Shown here: piece by piece, positions 7,714 through 18,626 of the stretch
Numbering within the stretch: the first letter of the stretch is position 1
Layout of the letters: the number at the start of each line of letters is the position of its first letter
Origin: Candidatus Poribacteria bacterium
GTDB taxonomy: Bacteria; Poribacteria; WGA-4E; WGA-3G
Direction of reading: 5' to 3'
DNA: 64,000 nt
NCBI GenBank assembly: GCA_965198235.1
Contig: OZ240248.1
Coordinates: 3,808,001 to 3,872,000, forward strand
Notes under the pieces: model-generated
The model's input: only the letters and a program-made list of their open reading frames with translations
The model's database searches: none
What the model was told of the DNA's origin: nothing
Program-made: the position numbers and the translations under genes

Positions 7714-10164
7714 TTAGAAGCCCGGACCAACCGTGAAATGGAATTTGCCAGCGGGTTCGCCGCTGACGCGATCCAAGCCATATCCCCAACCTAATCGAAC
7801 TAACATGCCGAGCATGGTAAACCGAGCCTCAAGACCGAGTCCTTTTTTCATGCTGATTTGGTTGAAGACGTTTGTAGTGCTTTCATCCCATACCTGCCCT
7901 ATGTCAAAAAACAGAGCTGCTGTGAGTTGCTGAGAAATTGGGACACGATACTCAAAGTTTGCAAAGAATACCTTATCACCACCGTACGGATTGATAAAAC
8001 CCGATTCATCTGGATCAGGATAGATTTCCCAATCTTCGTAGCCACGAATGCTATCTACACCACCGAGGAAAAAGCGTTCATAGAACAGGAAGTAAGCATC
8101 GGTGCTTTTACTTCGCATGATACCTGCGCGGCCATGCACGGCGATAACGTGGTTCCACCATCCACTGTAGAACCAACTCGCGTCCGCATAATATTTTTGG
8201 AACTTGTTGTCCGCTCCAAGAATACCACCGGAGTATTCATAAGAAAGTGTATGAAATGAACCCGCTGTTGGGTCAAACAGGGAGGTACGATAATCGCGGG
8301 TGTCCCTTCCGAGAGCGAACAGAATACTTCGTGTGGAGCGGTTGTATAACTCCCGATCAGGGTTGTGTGATTCTACATGTTCATTCCGAAAACGCACGGA
8401 CAAATCAATGTCATGTGCGATGGGTCTTCCGAGTGTTAGCGATGCCCCTCGTCTTGCCCAAACGTATCGGTCGTATAAGTAGTTACTCCCTACACGACGG
8501 TTATAGAGAGCACCGATCGTTCCGTAGTAGCGACGGAAGCGGCGGTTGTCGTAAATCCGGGCATTAAGCCGGGTGGGTGTTCCCAAAATCCAAGGTGTGC
8601 CAAAACTGAGTTCAGCTGTGTGGTGATCCCTGGTGCCTAATTCGCCTTTTAAGTGGACCCGATACGCTTGTCCACGAAAGTTATTTTGTCCGACCTCTGC
8701 GACACCGAAGATACCGCCTTCGCTGCCGTATCCACCTCCGAGACTCAGCATTCCTGTTCGCGGTGTTTCCGCGATATTAACTCTTAACTCCTTTCGATTC
8801 TCTTCACCGGTATCACTCGGAACAAAATCAACAGCACGAATAAAAGAACCCATCTGGAACAAACGTTGCCGCGCTTTGCGCAGGGATTTAACATCTAATA
8901 ACTCATCCGACTTGATGTCCAAAAAATCCAACTCACGTTTGACAACGTGTTCTTTCGTTTTTTCTAATCCGGTAATGATTACCTTGTCGATAATTATGAC
9001 ATCTCCTTCGTTGATTTTCAAGGTAATGTCAACCACGCCGTCCACTTCATTGAAAGTCGGAGTCGGTAGGACTTCTGAAAGTAGGTAACCTTTATCGAGA
9101 TAAGCTTGCTGTAACTTTGCGATTGATTCGTCGAAAGTAGCGCGGTTAAAGACCTCACCTTCTGCGGGGTCGAGCATCCCGCGTATCTTTTTTTCAGAAA
9201 AGAGGTTCTTAGCCCCGGCTTCCACTTCAAGTGTATAGGTTCCGATAATAAATTCGGGACCTTCGTCAACAGTAATGTCAAGCATTAAGCCGGTCTTGTC
9301 CTCTGTGAACCGTTTTTCGTAGCCGATGACCTTCACCTGTGCAAAGCCTCGATCCTGATAGTAATTTCGGATGTTCAGAGATAAATCTTCTTCCTCAAAC
9401 AGCATCTGATCGAAGGGTTTCCCGGTGCGGGTTTTGAGTTTTTTCTGGAGTGTATTCACGGAGATATGTGTGTTTCCAATAAAGTTGATTTCCTCAATCC
9501 GCACCCTCGGTCCTTCGTTTATCTCAAACGTGACTTGGACAGTATTCGCCTCTTCGTCTTTATCTCCAAGGTGGGTTTGGATGCTGGCAAGATAGTATCC
9601 CTTTTCGTGATAAAGTTTTTGTAGCGCTCGCTCGCTTTCCCACCGTCGCCGGTCGCCATAAATTTCTGAAGGACGAAGTATAATCTCATTCTTAACTTTG
9701 CCGGTACTCAAATTTTCGTTTCCAATAATGTTAATTCCAGAGATTTTTGGACTTTCGACGACCTTGTAAATAATTTCTAATCCACCGCCTTCAAACGGCT
9801 TCACGTCTACTGTGAGTTCGGAGAAGAAGCCTGTATCTTTGAAGAGGCTTTTCAGATCTTGCGTGAGGAGTTCTTCAGAGACTTCCTGCTCGACCTGCGT
9901 CTGAATAAGGGTACGCAGCATATCTTCGGAGGAAGTTTTCACACCTTCAAAAGAGATTTTCTTGACGAGGAGCCTCGAATCGCTGACGGGTTTGGTAGTG
10001 TTTGCTGTGGTGTCTTTATCAGACTCAGTTCCCACCTGCTGTTCGGTGGTCGTAGCTGCCTGGGGACCAAATACTGGTTTTTCGGTCTCTTCTGCAAAAG
10101 CGGCGATCGCTGCAAGTCCGATGAATAGGCTTATGAGAATAAAAACGTTTTTTGGCGCACTCAT
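7714..10164 (-). CDS. bamA: Outer membrane protein assembly factor BamA
   Basis: About five POTRA repeats, SIRGY motif, C-terminal Phe; AGGAGG RBS before ATG at 10164. Confidence 0.95.
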   Translation of the reverse strand: MSAPKNVFILISLFIGLAAIAAFAEETEKPVFGPQAATTTEQQVGTESDKDTTANTTKPVSDSRLLVKKISFEGVKTSSEDMLRTLIQTQVEQEVSEELLTQDLKSLFKDTGFFSELTVDVKPFEGGGLEIIYKVVESPKISGINIIGNENLSTGKVKNEIILRPSEIYGDRRRWESERALQKLYHEKGYYLASIQTHLGDKDEEANTVQVTFEINEGPRVRIEEINFIGNTHISVNTLQKKLKTRTGKPFDQMLFEEEDLSLNIRNYYQDRGFAQVKVIGYEKRFTEDKTGLMLDITVDEGPEFIIGTYTLEVEAGAKNLFSEKKIRGMLDPAEGEVFNRATFDESIAKLQQAYLDKGYLLSEVLPTPTFNEVDGVVDITLKINEGDVIIIDKVIITGLEKTKEHVVKRELDFLDIKSDELLDVKSLRKARQRLFQMGSFIRAVDFVPSDTGEENRKELRVNIAETPRTGMLSLGGGYGSEGGIFGVAEVGQNNFRGQAYRVHLKGELGTRDHHTAELSFGTPWILGTPTRLNARIYDNRRFRRYYGTIGALYNRRVGSNYLYDRYVWARRGASLTLGRPIAHDIDLSVRFRNEHVESHNPDRELYNRSTRSILFALGRDTRDYRTSLFDPTAGSFHTLSYEYSGGILGADNKFQKYYADASWFYSGWWNHVIAVHGRAGIMRSKSTDAYFLFYERFFLGGVDSIRGYEDWEIYPDPDESGFINPYGGDKVFFANFEYRVPISQQLTAALFFDIGQVWDESTTNVFNQISMKKGLGLEARFTMLGMLVRLGWGYGLDRVSGEPAGKFHFTVGPGF

Positions 10165-10227
10165 AATTAGATGTCCTCCTGTATGTTGTAGGCTTGCCAC
10201 GCGTTTGTGGCACGGTATATTATACCG

Positions 10228-11109
10228 TCATACTTCAGCGGTATATATTGGGGTGCCGCAGCTATGTGCGAACTGCCGAAATGCAGCAATTAATTTTTCT
10301 GTCACCTTTCCGGGCTGCCCGTTCCCGATGCCGCGTCGGTCTATTTTCACGACAGGTATAACCTCGGCGGCTGTGCCGGTTAGAAAACATTCATCCGCAA
10401 TGTAAAGGTCGTGTCGTGTAAAAACGCGCTCTTCAACTTGCATTCCAGCATCACGTGCAAGATCGATAACGCTGTTCCGGGTTACACCTTCCAGAATTCC
10501 CATGTGAACCGGTGGCGTGACAAGGACCTCATTCTTTACCCAGAAAATATTGTCACCGCTACATTCAACAACATAGCCTTCTGCATTAAGCATCAAGACC
10601 TCTTCTGCACCCGACTGTTTCCCTTCAATTTTTGCTAATATATTATTTAGATAGTTCAGCGACTTAATGCGTGGATTAATGGCTTCTGAATAATTCCTTC
10701 GAACAGAGGCAGTTACGATTTCCAATCCATCTTCATAGAATTTCTGTGGGTAGAGGGTAATTTTATCTGCAATAATAATGATGCTCGGCGTTGGACATTT
10801 ATCCGGATCGAGTCCGAGATCTCCTACGCCGCGAGTTACAACCAATCGAATATAGGCTTCCGTGAGATGATTGCGACGGAGTGTTTCCAGAACCGTTTCC
10901 TTCATCGTTTCAATAGGGATAGGGATCTGTAACATGATTGATTTCGCAGAATCGTAGAGTCGCTCAAGATGTTCATCGAGTTTAAAGACTCTACCGTTAT
11001 AGGAACGGATGCCTTCAAAAACACCGTCACCGTAGAGCAAACCGTGATCGAACACCGAGACCTTTGCTTCTGCTTTTGGTAAAAATTCTCCGTCGATGTA
11101 AATCAACAT
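10228..11109 (-). CDS. ilvE: Branched-chain amino acid aminotransferase
   Basis: DHGLLYGDGVFEG, KSLNY, LEGVTR, ECFLTGTAAEV. Confidence 0.95.
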   Translation of the reverse strand: MLIYIDGEFLPKAEAKVSVFDHGLLYGDGVFEGIRSYNGRVFKLDEHLERLYDSAKSIMLQIPIPIETMKETVLETLRRNHLTEAYIRLVVTRGVGDLGLDPDKCPTPSIIIIADKITLYPQKFYEDGLEIVTASVRRNYSEAINPRIKSLNYLNNILAKIEGKQSGAEEVLMLNAEGYVVECSGDNIFWVKNEVLVTPPVHMGILEGVTRNSVIDLARDAGMQVEERVFTRHDLYIADECFLTGTAAEVIPVVKIDRRGIGNGQPGKVTEKLIAAFRQFAHSCGTPIYTAEV

Positions 11110-11325
11110 TTTTTAATTATGGCCTCCTGAGTTTTTTAACTATGGGGCTTTTTGGCCACCGCTCCATTACATTACGCGGTGGTTTCCGATGAACCTCAAC
11201 CCTATTAAGGATCTGAATATTTTTCTCTTTCTTAATTAACTGCACGACTTTAGAATATCAGTTTAGGATGATCAGAAACCTGCCCGTAATGAAATGGAGG
11301 GCAGTCCAGTGCCCCAAAATTAAAA
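11110..11325. repeat. Two divergently oriented copies of the TTAAAAA-terminal hairpin element
   Basis: Minus copy CCACCGCGTAATGTAATGGAGCGGTGG...CCCCATAGTTAAAAAA; plus copy CTGCCCGTAATGAAATGGAGGGCAG...CCCCAAAATTAAAA overlapping the lolD stop. Confidence 0.75.
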
Positions 11326-11997
11326 GACCTTTCCGTCAACGAGTTGGATAACCCGATCTACTTGTTGGGCGAGTTCTTGATTGTGGGTTACAATAACAAA
11401 GGTCTGCCCAGATTTGGAGTTTAAATCCCAGAGCAGTTCTAAGACCGCGTCGCTACTCCGCCGGTCAAGGTTACCAGTTGGTTCGTCAGCGAGTACAATC
11501 TTCGGTTGATTAATCAGTGAGCGGGCAATCGCGACGCGTTGCCGTTCACCACCAGACAATTGACTTGGGTAGTGCGAAAGCCTTTCGGATAGCCCAACGT
11601 AGTCCAGCAATGACTCTGCCTCTTTATAAACCATTTTATTATTTGATGATGTAATTAAGGCACCCATTGCGACATTTTCAAGTGCTGTAAATTCCGGTAA
11701 TAAGTGATGAAATTGAAACACAAAGCCAATTTCTTTGTTCCGAAATCGAGCAAGTTCTGTATCGGATAGTGTGAATACATCTTGTTCGTCGTATAAAACG
11801 CTTCCTGCTGTTGGCCTGTCAAGTGTTCCAATAATATGAAGCAACGTGCTTTTCCCTACGCCTGATGCTCCCACGACTGCGAGTAATTCTGACATGTATA
11901 TTTCAAGGTTGATGCCTTGAAGAACAGGCAGTTCCGACTCGCCATCATAGTAGGACTTGTGTAAATCTACGATGCGGATAAGTGTGTCTCTATTCAT
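11320..11997 (-). CDS. lolD: Lipoprotein-releasing ABC transporter ATPase
   Basis: GASGVGKST, LSGGERQR, LADEPTGNLD; overlaps the end of lolE. Confidence 0.9.
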   Translation of the reverse strand: MNRDTLIRIVDLHKSYYDGESELPVLQGINLEIYMSELLAVVGASGVGKSTLLHIIGTLDRPTAGSVLYDEQDVFTLSDTELARFRNKEIGFVFQFHHLLPEFTALENVAMGALITSSNNKMVYKEAESLLDYVGLSERLSHYPSQLSGGERQRVAIARSLINQPKIVLADEPTGNLDRRSSDAVLELLWDLNSKSGQTFVIVTHNQELAQQVDRVIQLVDGKVF

Positions 11998-13450
11998 GTT
12001 GTAAGGCTTCAACCGGTTTCAGGTTTGCCGCTTGCCATGCCGGGTATAGCGTCGCAAACCAACAGATTAAAAATGAAAGCACATTGATGAAAACAACAAA
12101 GAACCAATTCACCTGTATCGGCAGTTGATTCATCTGATAGACTTGACTTAGCCCAAGATCTGCGAGCGAAATTGGTGTAACAGCACAGTAGAGCACGAAT
12201 CCAATCGCAATGAGCCATAAAAGACTGATTGCGAACATCCATCCCTTACGGCGTGGTATTATTCGCCTCAGAGCAATTAGCACTTGTAGGAAAATTGGCA
12301 CAATGAGTACAACGGCGTACCAGTAAGACGGACGCGCTGAATTGTAACTCAGAAGCCAACAGAGAATAAGTCCCAGAACTGTGCCGAATATCGTTCCAAG
12401 CATCCCGATGACACTCCCTTGAATCATGAAAATCCGCATAATGTTTCCGCGTGAAGTACCGAGTGTCCGTAGTGTCCCGACATCTTTTGTCTTTTCCATC
12501 ACGGTCATGATGAGTGTGCTTGCGATGTTAAAGGATGCGACCAAGATGATAAGTGCTTCAATAATGACAGTTGCTATCTTTTCCAATCGAAGTGCTGAGA
12601 AGAGTGGTGCCTGCATTTCCATCCACGTTCTGGCATCCGGCATTCCTTCTAAGACGGAGAAATGAACTTTATCCTCAATCCGCCGGGCGATCCGAGGGGC
12701 TAATTCCGCATCGGTTAATCGAACGAAGATCGTATTTACCCGATTCTCTTTGTTATACATCTTTTGAGCGGCTTCTAAATGAATAAACCCGAAGTTGTTG
12801 TCATAAACCGCCAGCTCCGACTCATAGAACCCAGTCACAACGAAGTTCGCCAAGTCCGGTATGAGCATCGACTCGTTCACAGGGTGTTTCGCAAGGTTCA
12901 CGATGAGTCGCAGCAGGTCACCTTTAATGACCCCGAGGCGAGCTGCCAAACGTCCCCCGAGTACAATCCCACCTGTGATAGTTTCATCTCTGATGAGTCG
13001 AGCGGCTTCAATAAACTGGGAGTCTTGGAACGCAGTTGAGCCATCCACGAATTTTGAGAAGCCAGTGACTTTGTCTTCCTGAACTGGGTCGATGCCCTTG
13101 ATGTAAATTACGTCCTGAATGGTATTGCTGCGTTCCTGAAAAACAGCACTTTGTGCCCAAACAACAGGTGATGTGGCTACGACTTCGTCAATTGTCTCAA
13201 TTTGTGAAATACGTTTTTGGTAATCACCAAAGAAACTGTTATCGTGCAGGCGGAGGACGACGTGCGCCTCATTTGCGAGGAACCTATCCTTAAGCCCCTG
13301 TTCAACACCGTCTAATATAGCACTTACGAGTATTACTGTTGCCACACCAAGCGCGACACCCCCAATGGAAATAGTACTGATAATTGAAATAAAGGATTGT
13401 TTGCGTCGTGAGCGTAGGTAGCGGGAGGCTACGAACCATTCAAATCTCAT
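11990..13450 (-). CDS. lolE: Lipoprotein-releasing ABC transporter permease LolC/E
   Basis: MRFEWFVASRYLRSRRKQSFISII start, ASFNIASTLIMTVMEK, ATLYPAWQA end. Confidence 0.88.
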   Translation of the reverse strand: MRFEWFVASRYLRSRRKQSFISIISTISIGGVALGVATVILVSAILDGVEQGLKDRFLANEAHVVLRLHDNSFFGDYQKRISQIETIDEVVATSPVVWAQSAVFQERSNTIQDVIYIKGIDPVQEDKVTGFSKFVDGSTAFQDSQFIEAARLIRDETITGGIVLGGRLAARLGVIKGDLLRLIVNLAKHPVNESMLIPDLANFVVTGFYESELAVYDNNFGFIHLEAAQKMYNKENRVNTIFVRLTDAELAPRIARRIEDKVHFSVLEGMPDARTWMEMQAPLFSALRLEKIATVIIEALIILVASFNIASTLIMTVMEKTKDVGTLRTLGTSRGNIMRIFMIQGSVIGMLGTIFGTVLGLILCWLLSYNSARPSYWYAVVLIVPIFLQVLIALRRIIPRRKGWMFAISLLWLIAIGFVLYCAVTPISLADLGLSQVYQMNQLPIQVNWFFVVFINVLSFLICWFATLYPAWQAANLKPVEALQHE

Positions 13451-13569
13451 ATTTTTAACTTTGGGCTTCTGGGCATCCACCAGCAAGGCGTTGCACATCC
13501 GCCGCATCTTCAAGTGTAAGCGACCGAAGTAGCAGTCTTTCTGTAAGGAGGGGCGGCGCGGTTTTCATA

Positions 13570-15042
13570 TTAACTTTCTGGACGCATCTGTGGAAACAGG
13601 ATTACGTCTCGGATGGAGTATTGATTGGTTAGCAACATTGTAAGCCGATCGATACCGATACCGAGTCCACCCGTCGGTGGCATGCCGTATTCCAAAGCGC
13701 GTAAGTAATCTTCGTCCACCATGAAGGCTTCATCGTCCCCCGCTTCTAAACTGTTCGCCTGCTCAAGAAACCGTTGACGTTGATCAATCGGATCGTTGAG
13801 TTCGCTAAAAGCGTTTCCAACCTCCATTCCGCAGATAAAAAACTCAAAGCGTTCAACGAACTCTGGATTATCGGGCTTCTTTTTTGCAAACGGTGAGACT
13901 TCGATCGGGTGATCCGTTATAAATGTTGGCTGAATCAGTTTCGGTTCCACAAATTTGTCAAAGAGTTCAGCGATTATCTTCCCTTTCGTCTCGTCACCTA
14001 CCAGGTCAACACCGACGTTCACTGCTTTCTTGTATAAATCATCCGCTGAGAGTGGAACGGGATCTATACCGCTGTATTCCCGAACTGAATCCACCATGCT
14101 CAGCCTGCGCCAAGGGGGTGTGAGGTCGAGTTCATGTTCTTGATAATGAATCTTCGTTGTCCCGTGAATGATTTTCGCGGTGTCAGCGATTAGGGTTTCA
14201 GTGAGCTCCATTATCTGGATATAGTCAGCATAGGCTTGGTAGAGTTCAAGCATTGTGAATTCGGGATTATGATCCCTGTCCATTCCCTCGTTTCGGAAAT
14301 CACGAGAGAACTCATAAACACGATCGAACCCTCCTACGATTAGACGCTTGAGGTAGAGTTCATTTGCGATACGCAGGTAGAGTGCTTGCTCCAATGTGTT
14401 ATGATACGTCGTGAAGGGACGAGCGTTTGCACCACCATAAATTGGTTGAAGGACGGGGGTTTCTACTTCAATAAAATTTTGCTCATTAAGCATGTCACGT
14501 ATCGCTTGAACAATTCGTGTCCTTTTAAGGAATACGTCCTTCACCTCAGGGTTCATGATGAGGTCTGCGTAGCGTTGTCTGTAGCGTGTTTGTTTATCTT
14601 GTAAACCGTGCCATTTTTCAGGGAGCGGTCGGACAGATTTTGAAAGGAGATGGACAGCGTCAACAAGGACAGTGAGTTCACCCGTGCGCGTCCGGAAGGC
14701 TGTTCCCTCGGCACCAACAATATCACCCGTATCAAAGCGTCGATATGCTTTGTACGGCTCTGCTCCTACATTGTCCCGTCGGACGTAAATCTGAATTCTA
14801 CCTTCACCGTCTTGCAGGTGTGCAAAACTGCTTTTTCCGTGGTCGCGTTTCGTCATGATCCGACCGGCAATTCGGATCTTCTGAGTTTCGTCAGGTGTTT
14901 CTTTAATGTCAGCAAAGTCTCTATGGATGGCGGAGGTCGTGTGTGTAGGTTCATATTTATGCGGATACGGTTCTACGCCAAATTTGCGAATTTCATCCAA
15001 CTTCTCGCGACGTTGCTGAATTAGGTCCTTTGTTTCTTCCAC
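13570..15042 (-). CDS. lysS: Lysine--tRNA ligase (class II)
   Basis: YGGANARPF, FRNEG, HNPEFTMLE, GMPPTGGLGIGIDRL; GTG start at 15042 (alternative ATG 15060). Confidence 0.98.
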   Translation of the reverse strand: MEETKDLIQQRREKLDEIRKFGVEPYPHKYEPTHTTSAIHRDFADIKETPDETQKIRIAGRIMTKRDHGKSSFAHLQDGEGRIQIYVRRDNVGAEPYKAYRRFDTGDIVGAEGTAFRTRTGELTVLVDAVHLLSKSVRPLPEKWHGLQDKQTRYRQRYADLIMNPEVKDVFLKRTRIVQAIRDMLNEQNFIEVETPVLQPIYGGANARPFTTYHNTLEQALYLRIANELYLKRLIVGGFDRVYEFSRDFRNEGMDRDHNPEFTMLELYQAYADYIQIMELTETLIADTAKIIHGTTKIHYQEHELDLTPPWRRLSMVDSVREYSGIDPVPLSADDLYKKAVNVGVDLVGDETKGKIIAELFDKFVEPKLIQPTFITDHPIEVSPFAKKKPDNPEFVERFEFFICGMEVGNAFSELNDPIDQRQRFLEQANSLEAGDDEAFMVDEDYLRALEYGMPPTGGLGIGIDRLTMLLTNQYSIRDVILFPQMRPES

Positions 15043-15267
15043 AGTTCTTCCCCTTTTCATTTTATTTTTTAGGATAGACCGTTGCTATACTTTATAGTAA
15101 AGTTTGGACAATTTGTGTCGGTTAGCCATTGCGTTTTTCAGTATCTTCGTATTTTTCTACGAGTTTGGTGTTTCGACGTAACGTGGAAAAAAACCTATTT
15201 ACGTTCGACTCGCGTTAGTATAAACATAGCAAGCCGAAGAAAGTGCGTTTCCATCTGTATCCTTTTT

Positions 15268-15370
15268 CTATAGACATATCACCCCTACGGGGTGGGGCTT
15301 CCCATATTCAGTGGGTCTCGCCAATACAGATGTTGCTTCTCTTTGCTCCAGCGGAGCAATATGTCTATAG
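15268..15370. repeat. Inverted doublet of CTATAGACAT-hairpin REP units (REPIN-like)
   Basis: CTATAGACATATCACCCCTACGGGGTG (15268-15294) faces TTGCTCCAGCGGAGCAATATGTCTATAG (15343-15370), the same unit as the transposase flanks. Confidence 0.75.
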
Positions 15371-15405
15371 TCCTATGTCTGAAAAATTGTCCAAAGCTTA
15401 GTACT

Positions 15406-15514
15406 TTATAGTAAAGCCCACAATTATTTGGACACGGAGGACCAGGTTAGCGAGTTTTGGGCAGGCACAAGACCGGCCCCTACAAGTGTTCACTTATTTT
15501 CGGGTTTCACTATA
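15406..15514. repeat. MITE-like element with imperfect TIRs enclosing a GTAG REP hairpin
   Basis: TTATAGTAAAGCCCACAATTATTTGGACAC ... GTGTTCACTTATTTTCGGGTTTCACTATAA. Confidence 0.6.
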
Positions 15515-15571
15515 ATAATATTTTAATAATTATACCTTAGTTTCGTCCATAAAGCAACCAAAAAAGCAGTA

Positions 15572-16676
15572 TTATTTCTGCTGAGCCTTCATTTTGAGGT
15601 AGCTTTCGATGAAGGGGTCTAAAGCACCATCCAACACAGCGTTAACATTACCCGTTTCGACATTTGTGCGCAAATCCTTGACGCGTTGGTACGGGTGCAG
15701 GACGTACGACCGAATTTGGCTCCCAAAGTTAATTTCTAAGCGTTCGCTTCGCTGCTTTGAAAGTTCTGCCTCCCGTTCCGCACGATATTTCTCATGAAGA
15801 CGGGAACGGAGTAATTTCATAGCGATTTCTCGGTTCTTATGCTGCGAACGTTCATTCTGGCATTGGACGATAATTCCGGTGGGTTTGTGTGTAATCCGAA
15901 CTGCTGAATCTGTGACATTGACGTGCTGCCCACCCGCACCGCTCGCGCGATAGAAATCTATCCGTAAGTCTTCGGATTGAATATCCACTTCCACGGTGTC
16001 GTCGATTTCAGGGGTCACGTCGATAGCGGCGAAGGAGGTATGCCGCCGCTTGTTGAAATCGTAGGGGGATAACCGAACGAGCCTATGCACGCCCGCTTCT
16101 GCTTGAAGATAACCGTAAGCCGAAGCACCTGTAACGAGGATTGTTGTGCCTTTGATGCCGGCTTCGTCCCCTGCGGTGAGGTCTACGATTTCGGTCTGAT
16201 AGCCGCGCCGGTCGCACCAACGGAGGTACATACGCATCAACATCCCCGCCCAATCCTGTGCGTCAATCCCGCCAGCACCAGAGTGAATGTTGAGGATTGC
16301 GTTGTTCTCATCAAATTCACCCGTTAGCATTAAGCGGAGTTCCATCTGTTCGAGATCTCGTGTGACAGTGTCCAATCCGTCGGCAATCTCGTTTTGGAAA
16401 CTCCCATCGTTCTCTTCGGTCGCGAGTTCGAGCAGGGTTTGGATATCTTCAACTTTGAGAGCGAGGTCTTCGTACGCCCCAATTTCATCTCGGAGGATGG
16501 AGATTCGTTGGTTAACTTGTTGAACGCGTTGCGTATTGCTCCAAAAATCAGGAGCAATTGTCGCCTCTTCAAGTTCTGTTAATTCTTTTCGTTTTTCAGC
16601 CAGGTCAAAGATAACCTCTGAGTTCTTGGAGGCGGGTCTGCATCTCTTCAGCCTGGTTTTTTAAATCTACAAGCAT
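15572..16676 (-). CDS. prfB: Peptide chain release factor 2 with programmed +1 frameshift
   Basis: ATG 16676 gives MLVDLKNQAEEMQTRLQELRGYL then CTT TGA C; the +1 frame continues DLAEKRK into the 15572-16375 ORF; GGQ and SPY motifs. Confidence 0.96.
16604..16619 (-). promoter_or_regulatory. prfB frameshift cassette (internal SD plus CTTTGAC)
   Basis: Minus strand AGAGGT-TAT-CTTTGAC. Confidence 0.95.
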
Positions 16677-16704
16677 ATTGTTCCTCATGAATAGTCATGA
16701 ATAG

Positions 16705-18390
16705 TTAAGAATCTCTACGACGAACCCACATTATGATTTGACTGCCGAACCATCCAACGCAAATAAGGGCGCAAAGAATCGGAAACCAGTCGCCGTAGCG
16801 GGTATAGAGTGTCTGTTTGTGTTCCGTGGATGAGAGAAGTGGGACGGATGCGATGAGAATTTCCTGAGTGGTGTCAGGTGTAATCATGGGAGTCGTTATC
16901 CTACCAAACTTGTCTACGACGCACGTAAATCCACCATTTGCGCATCGGAACACAGCAATTCGGTTCTCAATCGCGCGGAAAGGTGCCATGGATAGATGCA
17001 GTTCGGGGAAAGCAGTCCCTTTGAACCAAGCATCGTTCGTGAAGATCCCCATCACTCTGGCACCCATTTTTACGGGGCTGCAAAATTCATCTGGAAACAC
17101 CGATTCAAAGCAAATCGAAGCACCGACCTCTATCTTCCGGGTGTTCGTCTTATTTTTAACGTCAAACACCGGTAAAAGGTTTACTGTTTTTCCATGAGCG
17201 AAAGGTTCAAACTGGATAAAATTGGGGATAAAATCCGGCAGGAGGTGTGCCAAAGGCACGTATTCACCAAACGGAACAAGGTGCATCTTCGCGTATGATC
17301 CATGTATCTTTCCATCTGAAGCTATCGAAAGGACGCGGTTGTATATTTCCGTATTTCCTTTTTCAGCATTTTTGGAAAATTGACCTATCGCTTTGTCTGT
17401 TTCTCCCTGGTTAGCCGTACCGAGGAGTATTGGAATCCCTATATCACGAAGCATCTGCGAGAATCTTCTGTAATATGTTGGCCACTCGCCTGTCAATGCC
17501 CTACTTCGTGTTGCAGTTTCGGGCCACACAATTAACTCAGGGCCTTCTCTGCTGGCTTTATGCGTCAACCCGATATAGCGTTGCAGAATTTTTGGAAACT
17601 GACGGAGATCCCACTTTTGAAGTTGCGAGATGTTGCCGGGGATGAGCGCAACTTTTAAGGTTTCGACGTTTGTTTGAGTCGTTGCGTTTGTACCCTGGTC
17701 TAAGGAGTCAGCGTTCTGTAGTTGGAAGATCCCGTAACCGAAACAGAAAATCGTCAGGGTCAGTGGCAGGAGGACGGCACGAATTTCCTGTCGCCATTGG
17801 TGGCGGTTACAAAGCAAGGTAGCGATGCCGGCATTGAAAAGCATGATGACGAAACTGATACCGTGTACGCCAACAAGCGAGGCTATCTGTATTCCCGGTA
17901 GATTGTTCCATTGCGAGTAACCGATACTTCCCCATGGAAACCCCGTTATCATCCAACTCCGCATCCACTCTAATGCTGTCCAGATACATGCAGCGGACAG
18001 AGAAAACAGGACGTTAGAACGCCTCGGCACAAACCTCATCAGCACTGCGAAAGCAGCGAAATAGAGTGCTGTGTATCCCACTAATAGTAAGTACCCCACC
18101 ATTGTAGCAAAGATATTCGCATACGGATAGAGAAGCAGGATGGCGGGAAGCAGACCTGCGAAAAATAGAAAACCCGTTAGATAGCCAATCCAAAATGCCT
18201 TTTTCCAATCTGTTGCTCGCGTTAAGGCAATGAAGAATGGCACCATCGCGACCCAAGCAAACGGAAAGAGGTTTAAATTTGGGAAACTGAGGAACAGCAA
18301 CAGTGCTGAGAGTACCGCAAGTATCCAATGGTGGTAGCGTTTCAAATTTTTAATTTTACCTTGCGGTTCGGTGAGGTGGGTTTGATACAT
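16705..18390 (-). CDS. lnt: Apolipoprotein N-acyltransferase
   Basis: TGFPW, WPE, KMHLVPFGEY, ICFES triad; the true start may be TTG at 18345. Confidence 0.95.
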   Translation of the reverse strand: MYQTHLTEPQGKIKNLKRYHHWILAVLSALLLFLSFPNLNLFPFAWVAMVPFFIALTRATDWKKAFWIGYLTGFLFFAGLLPAILLLYPYANIFATMVGYLLLVGYTALYFAAFAVLMRFVPRRSNVLFSLSAACIWTALEWMRSWMITGFPWGSIGYSQWNNLPGIQIASLVGVHGISFVIMLFNAGIATLLCNRHQWRQEIRAVLLPLTLTIFCFGYGIFQLQNADSLDQGTNATTQTNVETLKVALIPGNISQLQKWDLRQFPKILQRYIGLTHKASREGPELIVWPETATRSRALTGEWPTYYRRFSQMLRDIGIPILLGTANQGETDKAIGQFSKNAEKGNTEIYNRVLSIASDGKIHGSYAKMHLVPFGEYVPLAHLLPDFIPNFIQFEPFAHGKTVNLLPVFDVKNKTNTRKIEVGASICFESVFPDEFCSPVKMGARVMGIFTNDAWFKGTAFPELHLSMAPFRAIENRIAVFRCANGGFTCVVDKFGRITTPMITPDTTQEILIASVPLLSSTEHKQTLYTRYGDWFPILCALICVGWFGSQIIMWVRRRDS

Positions 18391-18626
18391 AGAGTACCTC
18401 TCCGTAGAGTCACCCTCCTAGCGCAAGCCTTTATAGGCTTGCGGGACAATGTTACGGGTTTACTGTTTAGTTTTATTTTTAATGCTGTAACCGAAAATGG
18501 TAGCCTGCATTCTCACTGCGAAGCAGGCGCAGGCGGATATAAGAAAAAACCTTCAAGGTGCATCTGGTGTTTTCATCGCTCAACCCAACCTACGCTTGGA
18601 TTTCTATTCTCAAACTCACGTTTACA

